A program made the translations under genes and the position numbers. 64,000 nt of DNA from an uncultured Thermoplasmatales archaeon (GTDB taxonomy: Archaea > Thermoplasmatota > E2 > DHVEG-1), in NCBI GenBank assembly GCA_964612945.1, contig CAZTFR010000006.1:742-64741 (forward strand), given 5' to 3'. The notes under the pieces were generated by a model. That model had not been told where the DNA came from and searched no databases. It worked only from the letters and a program-made list of their open reading frames with translations. Below are positions 9,567 through 19,802 of this stretch, piece by piece (position 1 is the stretch's first letter; the number at the start of each line of letters is the position of its first letter).

Positions 9567-10697
9567 ATGGGAAAAATACTTGTTCTAAACATCGATCGCG
9601 ATGATGATTTCGGCCGTAAAGCAAAGGTGAAAACCCCAATTGTAGGGTTGGAAAATAATCTTGAAGCTGCAAATAAACTCGGTCGTGCCGATCCGGAAGA
9701 TTCAGATTTAAATGCTATTTTTCTTGCCATCAGTACCTATGATTCCTTACAAAAAGAAGGAAAAGATGTCGCCATTGCCACTCTTTGTGGAGATATACGC
9801 GTTGGGCTTCGTTCTGATCAGAAAATTGCAGAAGAACTTAAACAGGCCATAGTGGAGACATATGCAGAAGAGGTCGTTTTAGTTAGTGATGGGGCAGAAG
9901 ATGAATACATCCTTCCTATCATTCAATCAAATATCAAAATCAGCTCTATCCAACGGGTAAGTGTGAAACAAAGCCAAGAACTTGAGGATACCTACTATCG
10001 CATCATAAAAATGCTTGATGATGACAAAGTCAAAAAACAATTTGTATTGCCTGCAGGACTAATACTTATTGTTTGGGCTTTGTTCTGGGTGATGGAAATG
10101 GCCTCTACGGGTGTAGGAGCAATTCTCTTCACCTTAGGATTGTATTTATTGATACGGGTCTTTAATTTAGAACACAGTTTATCGCACTTAGGTCATGAGA
10201 TGAAATCCGGTCTTCTCACAGGAAAATTATCCTATTATACTTATCTTATCGCCCTTGCAATTCTTGCTGCATCATTTTTTGATGCATACACCAATACCCG
10301 TAGCGAACTATACTGGGTGCTCCCTGTGCTCTCCTTTCTTAGCCGTATCGTTTGGGGTATTGTCGCAGCAGGACTTATTGCAGCTTTTGGCCGAGTCATT
10401 GATGTCTACGTGCGAGAAAACAAAGTTCCCTGGCAGTATTGGATCGTCCCATTTTCCTTGTTTGCTTTTGGCTTTATCGGATCAGCAATTCTTACCTCAT
10501 TGTATGATTCCATCGATGCCAGCTTCTCTGTTGATCCCTTCCTTGGATTCCGCTTTGTTGGCTATACCTCTGCAGGAATCATCATCGCACTTATTGGTGC
10601 TATCACCTACCATTATATTAAAGACCTCTATATTACCGAGGAACAAGAAAAAGAAATCGAGGAGCAAACTGTAAAAGCACTGGACAGTGTCCCCTGA
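9567..10697 (+). CDS. Archaeal integral membrane protein, DUF373-like
   Basis: Soluble N-domain (LVLNIDRDDDFGRKA...ADPEDSDLNA) followed by about 6 hydrophobic helices. Family assignment is from memory. Confidence 0.45.
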   Translation: MGKILVLNIDRDDDFGRKAKVKTPIVGLENNLEAANKLGRADPEDSDLNAIFLAISTYDSLQKEGKDVAIATLCGDIRVGLRSDQKIAEELKQAIVETYAEEVVLVSDGAEDEYILPIIQSNIKISSIQRVSVKQSQELEDTYYRIIKMLDDDKVKKQFVLPAGLILIVWALFWVMEMASTGVGAILFTLGLYLLIRVFNLEHSLSHLGHEMKSGLLTGKLSYYTYLIALAILAASFFDAYTNTRSELYWVLPVLSFLSRIVWGIVAAGLIAAFGRVIDVYVRENKVPWQYWIVPFSLFAFGFIGSAILTSLYDSIDASFSVDPFLGFRFVGYTSAGIIIALIGAITYHYIKDLYITEEQEKEIEEQTVKALDSVP

Positions 10698-10743
10698 AAC
10701 CGAGGGAACAAATATTTTGAAATTTAATTGAGAGCGAGTTCAC

Positions 10744-12129
10744 ATGAATGTCCTTGGATTTGAAGTATCTGATGTATTTGCAGGAATTGTAATACTCTTT
10801 ATCTTGCTTACGGTCTATGCTTTATTTGTCATTTTTTTAAAACGAAAAGGATATTTTGAAAAATATAACCTCTCGCTTATGGGCCCTGCATTAATGTGGC
10901 GTACCCATCGTGGAGTCCCCTTCCTAAAAAAAGTAGCATCGAAAGACCGTTTTTGGAAAGCCTTTGGTAGTACTGGTATCGTTCTTTGTTTCATAACAAT
11001 GATTGTAATGTCCGTATTAATTGTAATGAATTCTTGGTTAATTCTTGGATTTACCCCTGAACAAAAAGAGACAATTCCTGGAGTTGAATTTATCCTTGCA
11101 ATCCCGGGTATAAACCCCATTATGCCGTTAGATTTTATCGTCTACATTCTCATTGCTTTTATTGTTGCCATTATGGTACATGAGTTTTCTCATGGAATTT
11201 TAACCTTCGCAAGTAAACTCAAGGTGAAATCACTAGGAATATTGTATCTTATCATTCCAATAGGGGCTTTTTGTGAACCTGATGAAGAGCAACTTTTGAA
11301 AACAAAATCCGCAAATAGAATGAGAATATACTCCGCTGGACCAACTGCAAATTTTCTTGCAGTACTGGTTTCAATAGTTTTAATTTCTGTGATATTAATG
11401 TCCTCGGTTCAACCAGCTGCTGATGGTGTCTGTATTTTTACTGTATTGGAGGACTCCCCTGCAGAAGAAATAGGACTTCAACCGGGCATGATACTCTCAG
11501 AAATTAATAATACCAAAATTTCTGATTTGTTTGATTTCTTTTATGTCTTAGATAATACATCGGCTAATCAAACAGTTACCATAACGTTTTATGAAGGTAC
11601 CGTTCAAAATACACAGCAAGTAATCCTTGCAGATCGCTATCAGTATGTTCAAAACTCTTCCTATGCTGGAGTCGGCACATTAGGAATTCAACCAACTACA
11701 GTTCATAAAACATTTTTATCAGCTCTCCAAAATCCATTTGACAATCTTCCAAATGGATTCTTACTTTTTTGGTTGATTCCCTTTTTTGGTTACATCCAGG
11801 GTTATAATCCATTAGTGGAACCATTTACTGATTCATTTATAATCACTGGCCCCCTAAGTTTTATGCCACAGCAGGTGTTTTGGATGATTGTCAACACTAT
11901 CTATTGGATTTTTTGGCTGAATTTTGCTGTTGCAATATTCAATGTCATTCCCATCATACCCCTTGATGGAGGATACCTGTTCAAAGATGGTCTTCAGATT
12001 TTTGTTAAAAAAACTTTCAAACGTTTATCATTAGAAGAACAGAAAAAAAGGATTGATTACATAACGATAACTCTATCATTAACGCTTTTTTTCTTAATAA
12101 TTTTCCCAATCATTTTTAAATATCTATAA
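10744..12129 (+). CDS. Site-2 protease family (M50) membrane metalloprotease with PDZ domain
   Basis: HEFSHG (HExxH) in a TM helix, the second metal-ligand motif IIPLDGGYLF, and an intervening PDZ-like segment. Confidence 0.85.
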   Translation: MNVLGFEVSDVFAGIVILFILLTVYALFVIFLKRKGYFEKYNLSLMGPALMWRTHRGVPFLKKVASKDRFWKAFGSTGIVLCFITMIVMSVLIVMNSWLILGFTPEQKETIPGVEFILAIPGINPIMPLDFIVYILIAFIVAIMVHEFSHGILTFASKLKVKSLGILYLIIPIGAFCEPDEEQLLKTKSANRMRIYSAGPTANFLAVLVSIVLISVILMSSVQPAADGVCIFTVLEDSPAEEIGLQPGMILSEINNTKISDLFDFFYVLDNTSANQTVTITFYEGTVQNTQQVILADRYQYVQNSSYAGVGTLGIQPTTVHKTFLSALQNPFDNLPNGFLLFWLIPFFGYIQGYNPLVEPFTDSFIITGPLSFMPQQVFWMIVNTIYWIFWLNFAVAIFNVIPIIPLDGGYLFKDGLQIFVKKTFKRLSLEEQKKRIDYITITLSLTLFFLIIFPIIFKYL

Positions 12130-12136
12130 TGACATT

Positions 12137-12655
12137 TTATTGAACTAAATCGGCTCCACGTGCGACATTGATACGGCAGGGGCTGGTAATTTTCATCCCT
12201 GCTTTTCGAAGAGCAGATTTTGCTTGCTTGAAATACGCTTTTGTAGTATTAATGCGTATGATAACTTGGTTGGGATTTACTCGTGCAGCAGTACCCACAT
12301 TTTTACCATATGCAGAACGCATTCCTTGCGAAACACGATCAGCACCTGCACCTGTTGCTTGTTTATTCTCCCGAAGTATAACATGAGGAAATACACAAAC
12401 ACGCAGACGGTAGTTAGTCATCCCAGCAGTTTTATCCATGACTCTGTTCGCAGAAATCCGAGCAGCTTCCAGCGAGTTATGACGAATCTGACATTGTTCT
12501 TTTACAATAAGCTCCAACTCAAGAGGAAAATCGCCAGTGAGATTTCCCATATCAAACTGAGTAATCCGGGACGAGGGAACTCCCCCTAAGTATTCACGTC
12601 GAGTTGTCGGTTGACCACGTGGATACCGATACATACTACCTGGTTTTCTTGCCAT
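12137..12655 (-). CDS. rpl10e: Ribosomal protein uL16 (L10e)
   Basis: MARKPGSMYRY...TRREYLGGVP N-terminus; 172 aa. Confidence 0.9.
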   Translation of the reverse strand: MARKPGSMYRYPRGQPTTRREYLGGVPSSRITQFDMGNLTGDFPLELELIVKEQCQIRHNSLEAARISANRVMDKTAGMTNYRLRVCVFPHVILRENKQATGAGADRVSQGMRSAYGKNVGTAARVNPNQVIIRINTTKAYFKQAKSALRKAGMKITSPCRINVARGADLVQ

Positions 12656-12810
12656 ATATTCACCTGAACGCCTTTAAATAATCAGTTGGAAATGAATATG
12701 GTGTTTATAAGATTTATCACCAAACAATAACCAATTCGTTGAACCATAATGTTTAAAACATCGCTCAGCTTGCCATTGGTGAAAAAAAAGTAAAGGTTTG
12801 TGTTCATATT

Positions 12811-13380
12811 ATGAAAAAAAGCATGGTTCTCCCCGGAGATCAGGTATCCACTTCAGAAGAACTCCTGCCTGGAGATGGTACCTACGAAGAAGATGGTGTC
12901 ATTAAAGCATCGCGAATGGGACAATACATTGTAGATTCCCGATCACGACGCGCCACCGTACAACCTGTTACCAGCGTTCCTGTTGTCATCCATCGAAATG
13001 ACACGGTAATCGCACGGGTCGACATGGTAAAACCCTCAATGATTGTTGCAGAAGTAATTCACGTCGTTGGAAAAGACCGATCAGTCTCTGGTGATACCAA
13101 TGCAACCTTACATGTCAAAGAAATTGCCCGCGGGTATGTAAAAGATGCGTCTACTGAATTTCGTGTCGGCGATTACTTCCGAGCTCGCGTCATTCAGGTA
13201 GAACCCAGTCTTCAACTTACCACTAAAGATGACAATCTTGGGTCTATAAAAGCATTATGCGTCAACTGTCGAAACGTTTTGCAAAATAAAGGCAACAGTT
13301 TAGAATGTCCTAATTGTGGAAAAAAAGAAAGAAGACGTATCGCTCGGGATTATGGATCAGTCGATATTACAAAGCTATAA
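12811..13380 (+). CDS. csl4: Exosome complex RNA-binding protein Csl4
   Basis: N-terminal LPGD domain, central S1-like fold, and the C-terminal zinc ribbon CVNC...CPNCG. Conserved adjacency to rpoL. Confidence 0.8.
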   Translation: MKKSMVLPGDQVSTSEELLPGDGTYEEDGVIKASRMGQYIVDSRSRRATVQPVTSVPVVIHRNDTVIARVDMVKPSMIVAEVIHVVGKDRSVSGDTNATLHVKEIARGYVKDASTEFRVGDYFRARVIQVEPSLQLTTKDDNLGSIKALCVNCRNVLQNKGNSLECPNCGKKERRRIARDYGSVDITKL

Positions 13381-13412
13381 ATACAAATTATCTATGACGG
13401 AAGGTGAACGTT

Positions 13413-13676
13413 ATGCAGGTAAAAACAATACGAAATACAAAAACAGAACTTGAAATAGAAATTATTGGGGAAAATGAAACATTACTCCAACCAATCACTT
13501 TTTTTCTCTCCGAAAACAAAGATGTAGATTATGCAACCATTATCAGTGACCATCCTTTGGCACCCAGTAGACGACTATTCATCCGCATGAACAAAGGATC
13601 ACCAAAAGATGCATTAAAAAAGGCTATTAGCTTTCTTGAAACCGAAATGAAAACCTTCACCAAACAAATTAAATAA
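13413..13676 (+). CDS. rpoL: DNA-directed RNA polymerase subunit L (Rpo11)
   Basis: About 87 aa with ELEIEIIGENETLLQPI...HPL pattern. GGAAGGTGA Shine-Dalgarno site upstream of the ATG at 13413. Confidence 0.8.
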   Translation: MQVKTIRNTKTELEIEIIGENETLLQPITFFLSENKDVDYATIISDHPLAPSRRLFIRMNKGSPKDALKKAISFLETEMKTFTKQIK

Positions 13677-13700
13677 TACTCTTCTTTTTTCACTTCTACA

Positions 13701-15011
13701 ATGGATGCACAAACAATTGAACACGAAGTTGGCATCGACAGTTTTTTGACTATACAAAAAGGAATTGGTGGAAAACTCCGCATCAAACCTGAGGATTTTC
13801 AAGTTACTGAACAAACCACTATCGATACACACAACGTAAATGGAAAACATCTAATTATAAAAATTACAGCGAAAAATTGGGACACTCATCTTCTCGTTCG
13901 CGCCTTAGCAAACAAACTTCATATCTCACAAAAACGCATAAATTTTGCAGGAACAAAGGATAAACGTGCGCTCTCTACCCAATACATGTCTCTCTATAAT
14001 ATCTCTGAAGAACACCTTTCCACAATACATATCTCAGACACACAGATAACACCGATTTGTAGAAGCACGTCACCACTACGAATCGGTCAGCTCGTTGGAA
14101 ATCAGTTCAACATTATCATTCGGGATCTTCCCTCAACCCTCACAAACCAAACAATACAACATCTCATCGAACCAATACAATCACTTGGTGGTTTCCCAAA
14201 TTATTATGGCATACAACGGTTTGGAATCATTCGTCCCGTTACCCATCTCATTGGGTATCACATTATACGTGGGAAGTTCAAAAATGCGGTGATGAGCTAT
14301 ATTGCAAATCCTCACTCATCAGAATCAGAAAAGATTTACTCCCTTCGCAAACAACTCCAGGTCACACATGATTTCTCTTCTGCATTAAAAACCTATCCAC
14401 GAACCCTCAGCTTCGAACGATCCATGCTCCACCACCTTGTTAACCACCCTGATGATTACATAGGAGCACTGCAAACCCTGCCTAAAAACCTCCTTACATT
14501 ATTTGTTAACGCTTATCAATCCTATTTGTTCAATAAAATTCTTAGCCTGCGACTCAGCAACAACCAACCGCTGAATCAGGCACTCAAAGGAGACATTATC
14601 TATCCTATACGAAATCATGCTATTGAAAAAACATCAATACGAGCAACATCCTCTAATATCGATAAAATTAATACCCAACTGAAGAAACATAACGCTGTCG
14701 TCACTGGGCTTCTTGTTGGATACAATACCGACTATGCAACCGGAGAGATGGGAAAACTTGAACAACACATCATTAAGCAAGAACATTTACATCCCAACGA
14801 TTTTATCATCCCTGAGGTACCCTCTCTCTCCTCACAAGGAACCAGACGACCATTGCTGAGTTTCATCTCTAACATATCCTGGTCGCTTGAGGAATATACT
14901 GAACAGAAAAAAAGCAAACTACTCGATCTTTTCTTCACATTACCCAAAGGGAGCTATGCAACCGTCTTTCTTAGAGAACTTATGAAATCAAACGATATCA
15001 CCGATTATTAA
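13701..15011 (+). CDS. truD: tRNA pseudouridine synthase D
   Basis: IGGKLR..PEDFQV N-terminus and the catalytic-Asp motif FAGTKDKRALSTQ. Confidence 0.88.
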   Translation: MDAQTIEHEVGIDSFLTIQKGIGGKLRIKPEDFQVTEQTTIDTHNVNGKHLIIKITAKNWDTHLLVRALANKLHISQKRINFAGTKDKRALSTQYMSLYNISEEHLSTIHISDTQITPICRSTSPLRIGQLVGNQFNIIIRDLPSTLTNQTIQHLIEPIQSLGGFPNYYGIQRFGIIRPVTHLIGYHIIRGKFKNAVMSYIANPHSSESEKIYSLRKQLQVTHDFSSALKTYPRTLSFERSMLHHLVNHPDDYIGALQTLPKNLLTLFVNAYQSYLFNKILSLRLSNNQPLNQALKGDIIYPIRNHAIEKTSIRATSSNIDKINTQLKKHNAVVTGLLVGYNTDYATGEMGKLEQHIIKQEHLHPNDFIIPEVPSLSSQGTRRPLLSFISNISWSLEEYTEQKKSKLLDLFFTLPKGSYATVFLRELMKSNDITDY

Positions 15012-15400
15012 AATTCTAAGTAAAAGAAAGCAAATATCATTTATTTTCTAAACTGGTTTAAATACTCAAAAAAATAAGCTACACAAAAAAAAATTACACT
15101 AGGAGGAATATTTTCCAATAGTATATACAACTACCTCAAATTAAAAAGACCGGTAACCCCTTAAAGATACTGTTTTTTGTACCAAAAATAGGATTCTTTT
15201 TGCACATTCTCAGAATGCAATCGATGATATCGAATAGCGTCTTCATACAACTGATGAGTCTTTCGTTGTTCTTTTAATGCTACCATAATCCACACCAAGG
15301 ATATCCTTTCTCTTTTTCACTTAAATACCTTTATTGTACAACTGTTATCCACCATCTTTACAATTAGTACCCGAAAAAAAAGAAGAGGGGGAGAAAGAGA

Positions 15401-16201
15401 CTAAATTTCTTGTATACTACCTCGATAAATTCCAAAAATAAACGTAAATGAACCTAACGGTCCGATAGTGTATTTGCGATCCAAACCTGTATCTCGTATG
15501 CGGCATTTTTGAAATTTAATCACACCTGTTGATCTACTACTTGGTGTAAACTCTGTATAGCGTAATCGAATCGCGTTAAATGTCACATCTCTACCTGCAC
15601 TCTTCATATTAAAGACAGTCCCTCGAATAATTGTATGACCAAGTAAAGAATCTCCTAAAAGCCGTGAGAGAATCTTTATTCCAACAGCACTTGCGGTTAT
15701 GAGAAAAATTGGATGCACTCGCCATTTGAATACTTGTATTGAATCGTTACTTGAATTATCCGTGCTATCAAATGCAACAACCCTTATTGTATGACGTAGA
15801 CTTTTAATGGCTCTCCATTTGTAGCTATATGGAGCTTCATTATCAGTATGTTTTAATCTATTGTTTACATAAAATTCAACGCGATCGACTGATTTTGTTG
15901 AACTAACGTTTGCGGTAATATCAATGCTGCCATATACAATTATACCATTTGGCAAAGAGAGTATCTTAGTATTTGCAAGATAAAACGAGTTTGGTAATGG
16001 ATTGGTAATGTTTACATTGATTGATGAAATCGGCTCTAAGGGCTCCGATGTATCACTTTGAAAGGAGTTTTTGGATTGATTGTATTTTTTTGTTGCAGAA
16101 CTTGAGCCATTGGTATATGCTAAACAACAACTCATGCTCGCTTGAATAATGAGGAGTCCTACAGATATTATTACAATTTTTTGTAAGTATTTTCGGGTCA
16201 T
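15401..16201 (-). CDS. Secreted protein with Ig-like domain
   Basis: Signal peptide/TM KIVIISVGLLIIQASMSCCLA. VDRVEFYVNNRLKHTDNEAPYSYKW resembles bacterial Ig-like surface domains. Confidence 0.5.
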   Translation of the reverse strand: MTRKYLQKIVIISVGLLIIQASMSCCLAYTNGSSSATKKYNQSKNSFQSDTSEPLEPISSINVNITNPLPNSFYLANTKILSLPNGIIVYGSIDITANVSSTKSVDRVEFYVNNRLKHTDNEAPYSYKWRAIKSLRHTIRVVAFDSTDNSSNDSIQVFKWRVHPIFLITASAVGIKILSRLLGDSLLGHTIIRGTVFNMKSAGRDVTFNAIRLRYTEFTPSSRSTGVIKFQKCRIRDTGLDRKYTIGPLGSFTFIFGIYRGSIQEI

Positions 16202-16352
16202 AATTTTGATAACCTCCCTATTATAACAAGTTAATGCATCAAATCATTTAAATGTTTGTATTAAAATAATTTTAGAGTCAATTGTCTCAAGTATAAAAAT
16301 ATTGCTCCCGCCTATTGAATTTTATTGGGCGTGTTTGTTTTAGATTGGGGCT

Positions 16353-16940
16353 CTATTTTTGTTTTTTCATCGTAAACAGATGAGTATTGTTTTGAATAAA
16401 GGTAGATACTTTCTCCAATGCCTTTCCTCTGTGAGAGAACTGATTTTTTTCCTCAATAGACATTTGAGCAAATGTTTTTTTGCTTCCATTTGCAATAAAC
16501 AAGGGGTCATAGCCAAAGCCTTGCAATCCTTTGCATTCTTTTGCAATCGTACCTTTTGTTTCACCGATAAAGAGCATTGCTGATTTTTTGGGATGGCTCA
16601 GGCCATAAACCGAGCGGAATACTGCTCTGCGATCACTAGCGTTTTCGAGAAGTTGTAGAATTCCTTTTAGACCAATCGTATAATATGCGTATTTTGAATA
16701 GACTCCCGGAAATCCCTTTAGTGAATCAATAAATAATCCAGCATCTTCGATTATGAATGGTTGTGTGATACTTTGTTGAAGCATTTTGAGTCCAAAACGC
16801 ACAACTTCTTCTAATGAATCAGCTTGTATCTCAGGGTAGTCAATGGGATGATGATCAACAGTGATATTAAATTTTTGTAGTACTCGTTTGCATTCCCTTA
16901 CTTTCCCTTTATTTCCTGTAACAAACCATATAGTGGTCAT
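16353..16940 (-). CDS. rdgB: Non-canonical purine NTP pyrophosphatase (RdgB/HAM1 family)
   Basis: FVTGNKGKVRE, EDAGLFIDSLKGFPGVYS, GYDPLF. Confidence 0.88.
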   Translation of the reverse strand: MTTIWFVTGNKGKVRECKRVLQKFNITVDHHPIDYPEIQADSLEEVVRFGLKMLQQSITQPFIIEDAGLFIDSLKGFPGVYSKYAYYTIGLKGILQLLENASDRRAVFRSVYGLSHPKKSAMLFIGETKGTIAKECKGLQGFGYDPLFIANGSKKTFAQMSIEEKNQFSHRGKALEKVSTFIQNNTHLFTMKKQK

Positions 16941-17560
16941 CGATAACGACCTCTTTTTATGATTTCATCAATTTTTGTTATAACTTTTTTGCTATCTTGC
17001 GGAGCCTTTTTTTGGTATCCCTCTAGAGCATACTTGAAACAATCAGAGTGTTGCGAATGTGTCGATTCAAAGGCTTGCATGAGCACATGAAGATCGACTC
17101 CTTTTGTTTCAATTTCGGAGGATTTCATGCCTAATCCAAAGTCAATAAAGTAGAGACGATCATCTTGTAGGATCATATTTGAGGTGGTGATATCACCGTG
17201 TATTAGATCATTGGTATGAAGACGTGCAATGCGTTCACCGATGAGTGTGCAGAGTTTTTTTCGTTTTTGGCTGCTGATAGTATTGAGGATATCTTTGATG
17301 CGATCTCCAGCGAGGTATTCCATTATGATGCGACCCCGAGTTAGATCGACATCATAGATAATGGGTACTGATACTGCATAGCTTCGTGCTTCACTGATGA
17401 GTTTGGCTTCACTTTTTGTCCGTGATGCAATAAGAGGATTATCAATTTCTTTGATTCGATAGGACTTTGAAATTCGTTGCTTTATGACGACAATTTTTCC
17501 GAGATAACGTGTCTTGTAGATAATTGCCTCAGCTCCTTGATAGAGGACCTTTTTATTCAC
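16937..17560 (-). CDS. bud32: KEOPS kinase/ATPase Bud32
   Basis: Small RIO-like kinase (207 aa) with LIHGDITTSN and FIDFGL. Overlaps kae1 by 8 nt. Confidence 0.85.
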   Translation of the reverse strand: MNKKVLYQGAEAIIYKTRYLGKIVVIKQRISKSYRIKEIDNPLIASRTKSEAKLISEARSYAVSVPIIYDVDLTRGRIIMEYLAGDRIKDILNTISSQKRKKLCTLIGERIARLHTNDLIHGDITTSNMILQDDRLYFIDFGLGMKSSEIETKGVDLHVLMQAFESTHSQHSDCFKYALEGYQKKAPQDSKKVITKIDEIIKRGRYR

Positions 17561-18551
17561 GCCATGTTACCTCCACCATCTCTGTTCGAAATCGCTGATT
17601 AATAGTACTGTGATCCACTGGCATCCGAATGCCGCTTTGATACATGAGATAGCCTAACCAGGCGATCATGGCACCATTATCAATGCAGAGGCTTTTCTTA
17701 GGGACATACCAAGCAGCATTTCTCTCTTTTGCCATAGAGGCGACCATCTCTCGTAATCGAGTATTGCTGGCAACTCCGCCCCCTAATAAGATCTCGTTTT
17801 TCTCGGTATGCGCAACTGCTCGTTCCGTTACCTCAACTAAGGCGGCAAATGCAGTCTCCTGCAGTGAATAACAGAGATCAGATACTGCAACCCCTTTTTG
17901 ATAGAGTTGTTCTGCAGCAGTAAGAAGCCCTGAAAAGGCAATATCCATGCCCTTCACCGTATACGGCAGTGATTGATAGTTGGTTGATGCTAATGCTTCC
18001 TGCTCAATTTTTGGACCTGCTGGAAACTCAAATCCAACTGTTCGGCCAAACTTGTCGAGACAATTTCCAATACCAATATCCAATGTTTCTCCAAATACAC
18101 GATATTTTCCCTCTGCAAATGAAATAATCTGTGTATTTGCACCGGATACATATAATAAAACAGGATCCTTACATGCAGGTATCGTTCCTCGACCAATTTC
18201 TAAATGCGCAACGCAATGATTTACCCCTATGAGTGGTACATCCAGCCGCAGAGAGAGTGAACGAGCTGCAGTTGCTGCTGTTCGTAAACAGGGACCAAGC
18301 CCGGGTCCTTGAGAGAATGCTACTAAGTCAATATCATCAAATGACACGTTTGCTTGAGCAAGACTCTGTTGTATTAATGATGCCACATGTGTCGTATGAT
18401 GATTTGCAGCCTCCCGAGGGTGGATACCTCCTTTTTCCGGATGATAGGTTTTAACAATATTCGAACGAACCGTGCAAAAATTCTTATCGTTTTGAATCAC
18501 TCCTACTGCAATGCTATGAGCGGTTCCTTCAATTCCCAGAACAATCATCAT
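17553..18551 (-). CDS. kae1: tRNA N6-adenosine threonylcarbamoyltransferase Kae1
   Basis: MMIVLGIEGTAHS start and NHCVAHLE metal-binding region; ASKHA fold length. The track N-terminal extension to 18662 overlaps the upstream gene and looks non-coding. Confidence 0.88.
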   Translation of the reverse strand: MMIVLGIEGTAHSIAVGVIQNDKNFCTVRSNIVKTYHPEKGGIHPREAANHHTTHVASLIQQSLAQANVSFDDIDLVAFSQGPGLGPCLRTAATAARSLSLRLDVPLIGVNHCVAHLEIGRGTIPACKDPVLLYVSGANTQIISFAEGKYRVFGETLDIGIGNCLDKFGRTVGFEFPAGPKIEQEALASTNYQSLPYTVKGMDIAFSGLLTAAEQLYQKGVAVSDLCYSLQETAFAALVEVTERAVAHTEKNEILLGGGVASNTRLREMVASMAKERNAAWYVPKKSLCIDNGAMIAWLGYLMYQSGIRMPVDHSTINQRFRTEMVEVTWRE

Positions 18552-18615
18552 CGTGTAATACCTCTCCTCAAATAAAAAGTAGTTCGTTTCTACGATAATA
18601 AAAAAGAAAACCACG

Positions 18616-19752
18616 TTAGGATTTTTCAACGATGACTTCCTTATAAACACAAATGATGCCAAATTTCATAAGAAGCAAAAATATGGAAAGCACTAATCCG
18701 ACTAAGACGAAAAAGAGAAGCATGTGAAATATACCTACGGCCATTTGAGAGGGTTCAGTGGAGATCGTGGCAGCTACTACTGTATCTTGTTGCGGATAAT
18801 AGAAATAATCCATCACTTCATCTTGATCAAGATCGATGCTATAGTATCCTTTGCTAGTTAATAAAATTGGAAAAACATTTCTGTTTGTCATATCATACAG
18901 CAGATCATTGTTTTTGGTTTTTAGAATATAATATCGATTTGTGTTGATTTTGAACGTCAGGATATCATTTGGATCTGATTGATCTGATCCAAGACTTCTC
19001 TCAAGAGGGTCAGATAGCATATCCCTATCTTCGTCAGGGAAAATTGAAATAAACAATGGATCTGACCATTCAGATAATAGATTATGTTCATCTTTGGCTT
19101 GACAAATAACCGAGTACGTATAAGCCTTTTTCCAGGTATGAGTTATTAGAACAGAGGTATCTGAAGCAAAGAAAGAGGTCCAGTTTGACGTGTTGTGATT
19201 GTTCCATCTGTATCGATATTGAACGTTATCACCATCAGTATCCTCAGAACAGCTAAAAAAACTGAATTCAACAAAAACACAACCCTGCTGAGTATCACTT
19301 TCAATCGTCGGTTTTTGAGGAGGGACATTGTTAGTTTTATCGTAAATACTTACACTAAGAGGTTGCGACCAAATTCCGTTAGGCGCAAACTCATTTTTGA
19401 ATTGCACTTGGACTTTATATGTTCCGGGTGTATTCCATGAATGAGTTGCTGAAATATATGATTGACCATCATCAAGCTGTAGCCAGCTGGTGCTAAGCCC
19501 GTCATCCCAGCAGAAACGCCAATATGCATCAGTATTGATACTGAAAATTTTGTATTCATATTCAAAATCACAAAATCCATAGTCTGGCCCATGAGGTGCT
19601 TCAGGAATATACGATGCCTTTCTACATTGAGACAGTGGACAACAAATAAAGAAAAAAATCATAATGAAGCTGCAAAAAAGATATAATATTCTATAATTGC
19701 CATTCTTCTTCCTGCTATCGCTAACGAAACAGCTCATTACTTTGCATCCCAT
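18616..19752 (-). CDS. Membrane-anchored surface protein with two PKD-like repeats
   Basis: Two repeats share the pattern W..G.S.W......H.W...GTY.V...K.E......WS.PL.(V/I)SI. C-terminal TM anchor. Confidence 0.55.
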   Translation of the reverse strand: MGCKVMSCFVSDSRKKNGNYRILYLFCSFIMIFFFICCPLSQCRKASYIPEAPHGPDYGFCDFEYEYKIFSINTDAYWRFCWDDGLSTSWLQLDDGQSYISATHSWNTPGTYKVQVQFKNEFAPNGIWSQPLSVSIYDKTNNVPPQKPTIESDTQQGCVFVEFSFFSCSEDTDGDNVQYRYRWNNHNTSNWTSFFASDTSVLITHTWKKAYTYSVICQAKDEHNLLSEWSDPLFISIFPDEDRDMLSDPLERSLGSDQSDPNDILTFKINTNRYYILKTKNNDLLYDMTNRNVFPILLTSKGYYSIDLDQDEVMDYFYYPQQDTVVAATISTEPSQMAVGIFHMLLFFVLVGLVLSIFLLLMKFGIICVYKEVIVEKS

Positions 19753-19802
19753 TCCATTTACGGATTATTTTGTATTTGGAACAGAGAAAAATCTGCTTTG
19801 CC

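Noticed and set aside
15250-15258. CTGATGAG resembling a C box of a C/D box sRNA
   Set aside because: No D box (CTGA) or C'/D' elements lie within the following 60-70 nt, and the residue preceding UGAUGA is not a purine.
18552-18662. N-terminal extension of Kae1 in the track (MASFVFIRKSS...)
   Set aside because: It overlaps the 3' end of the upstream surface-protein gene and has non-protein-like composition. The canonical Kae1 N-terminus (MMIVLGIEGTAH) begins at 18551.
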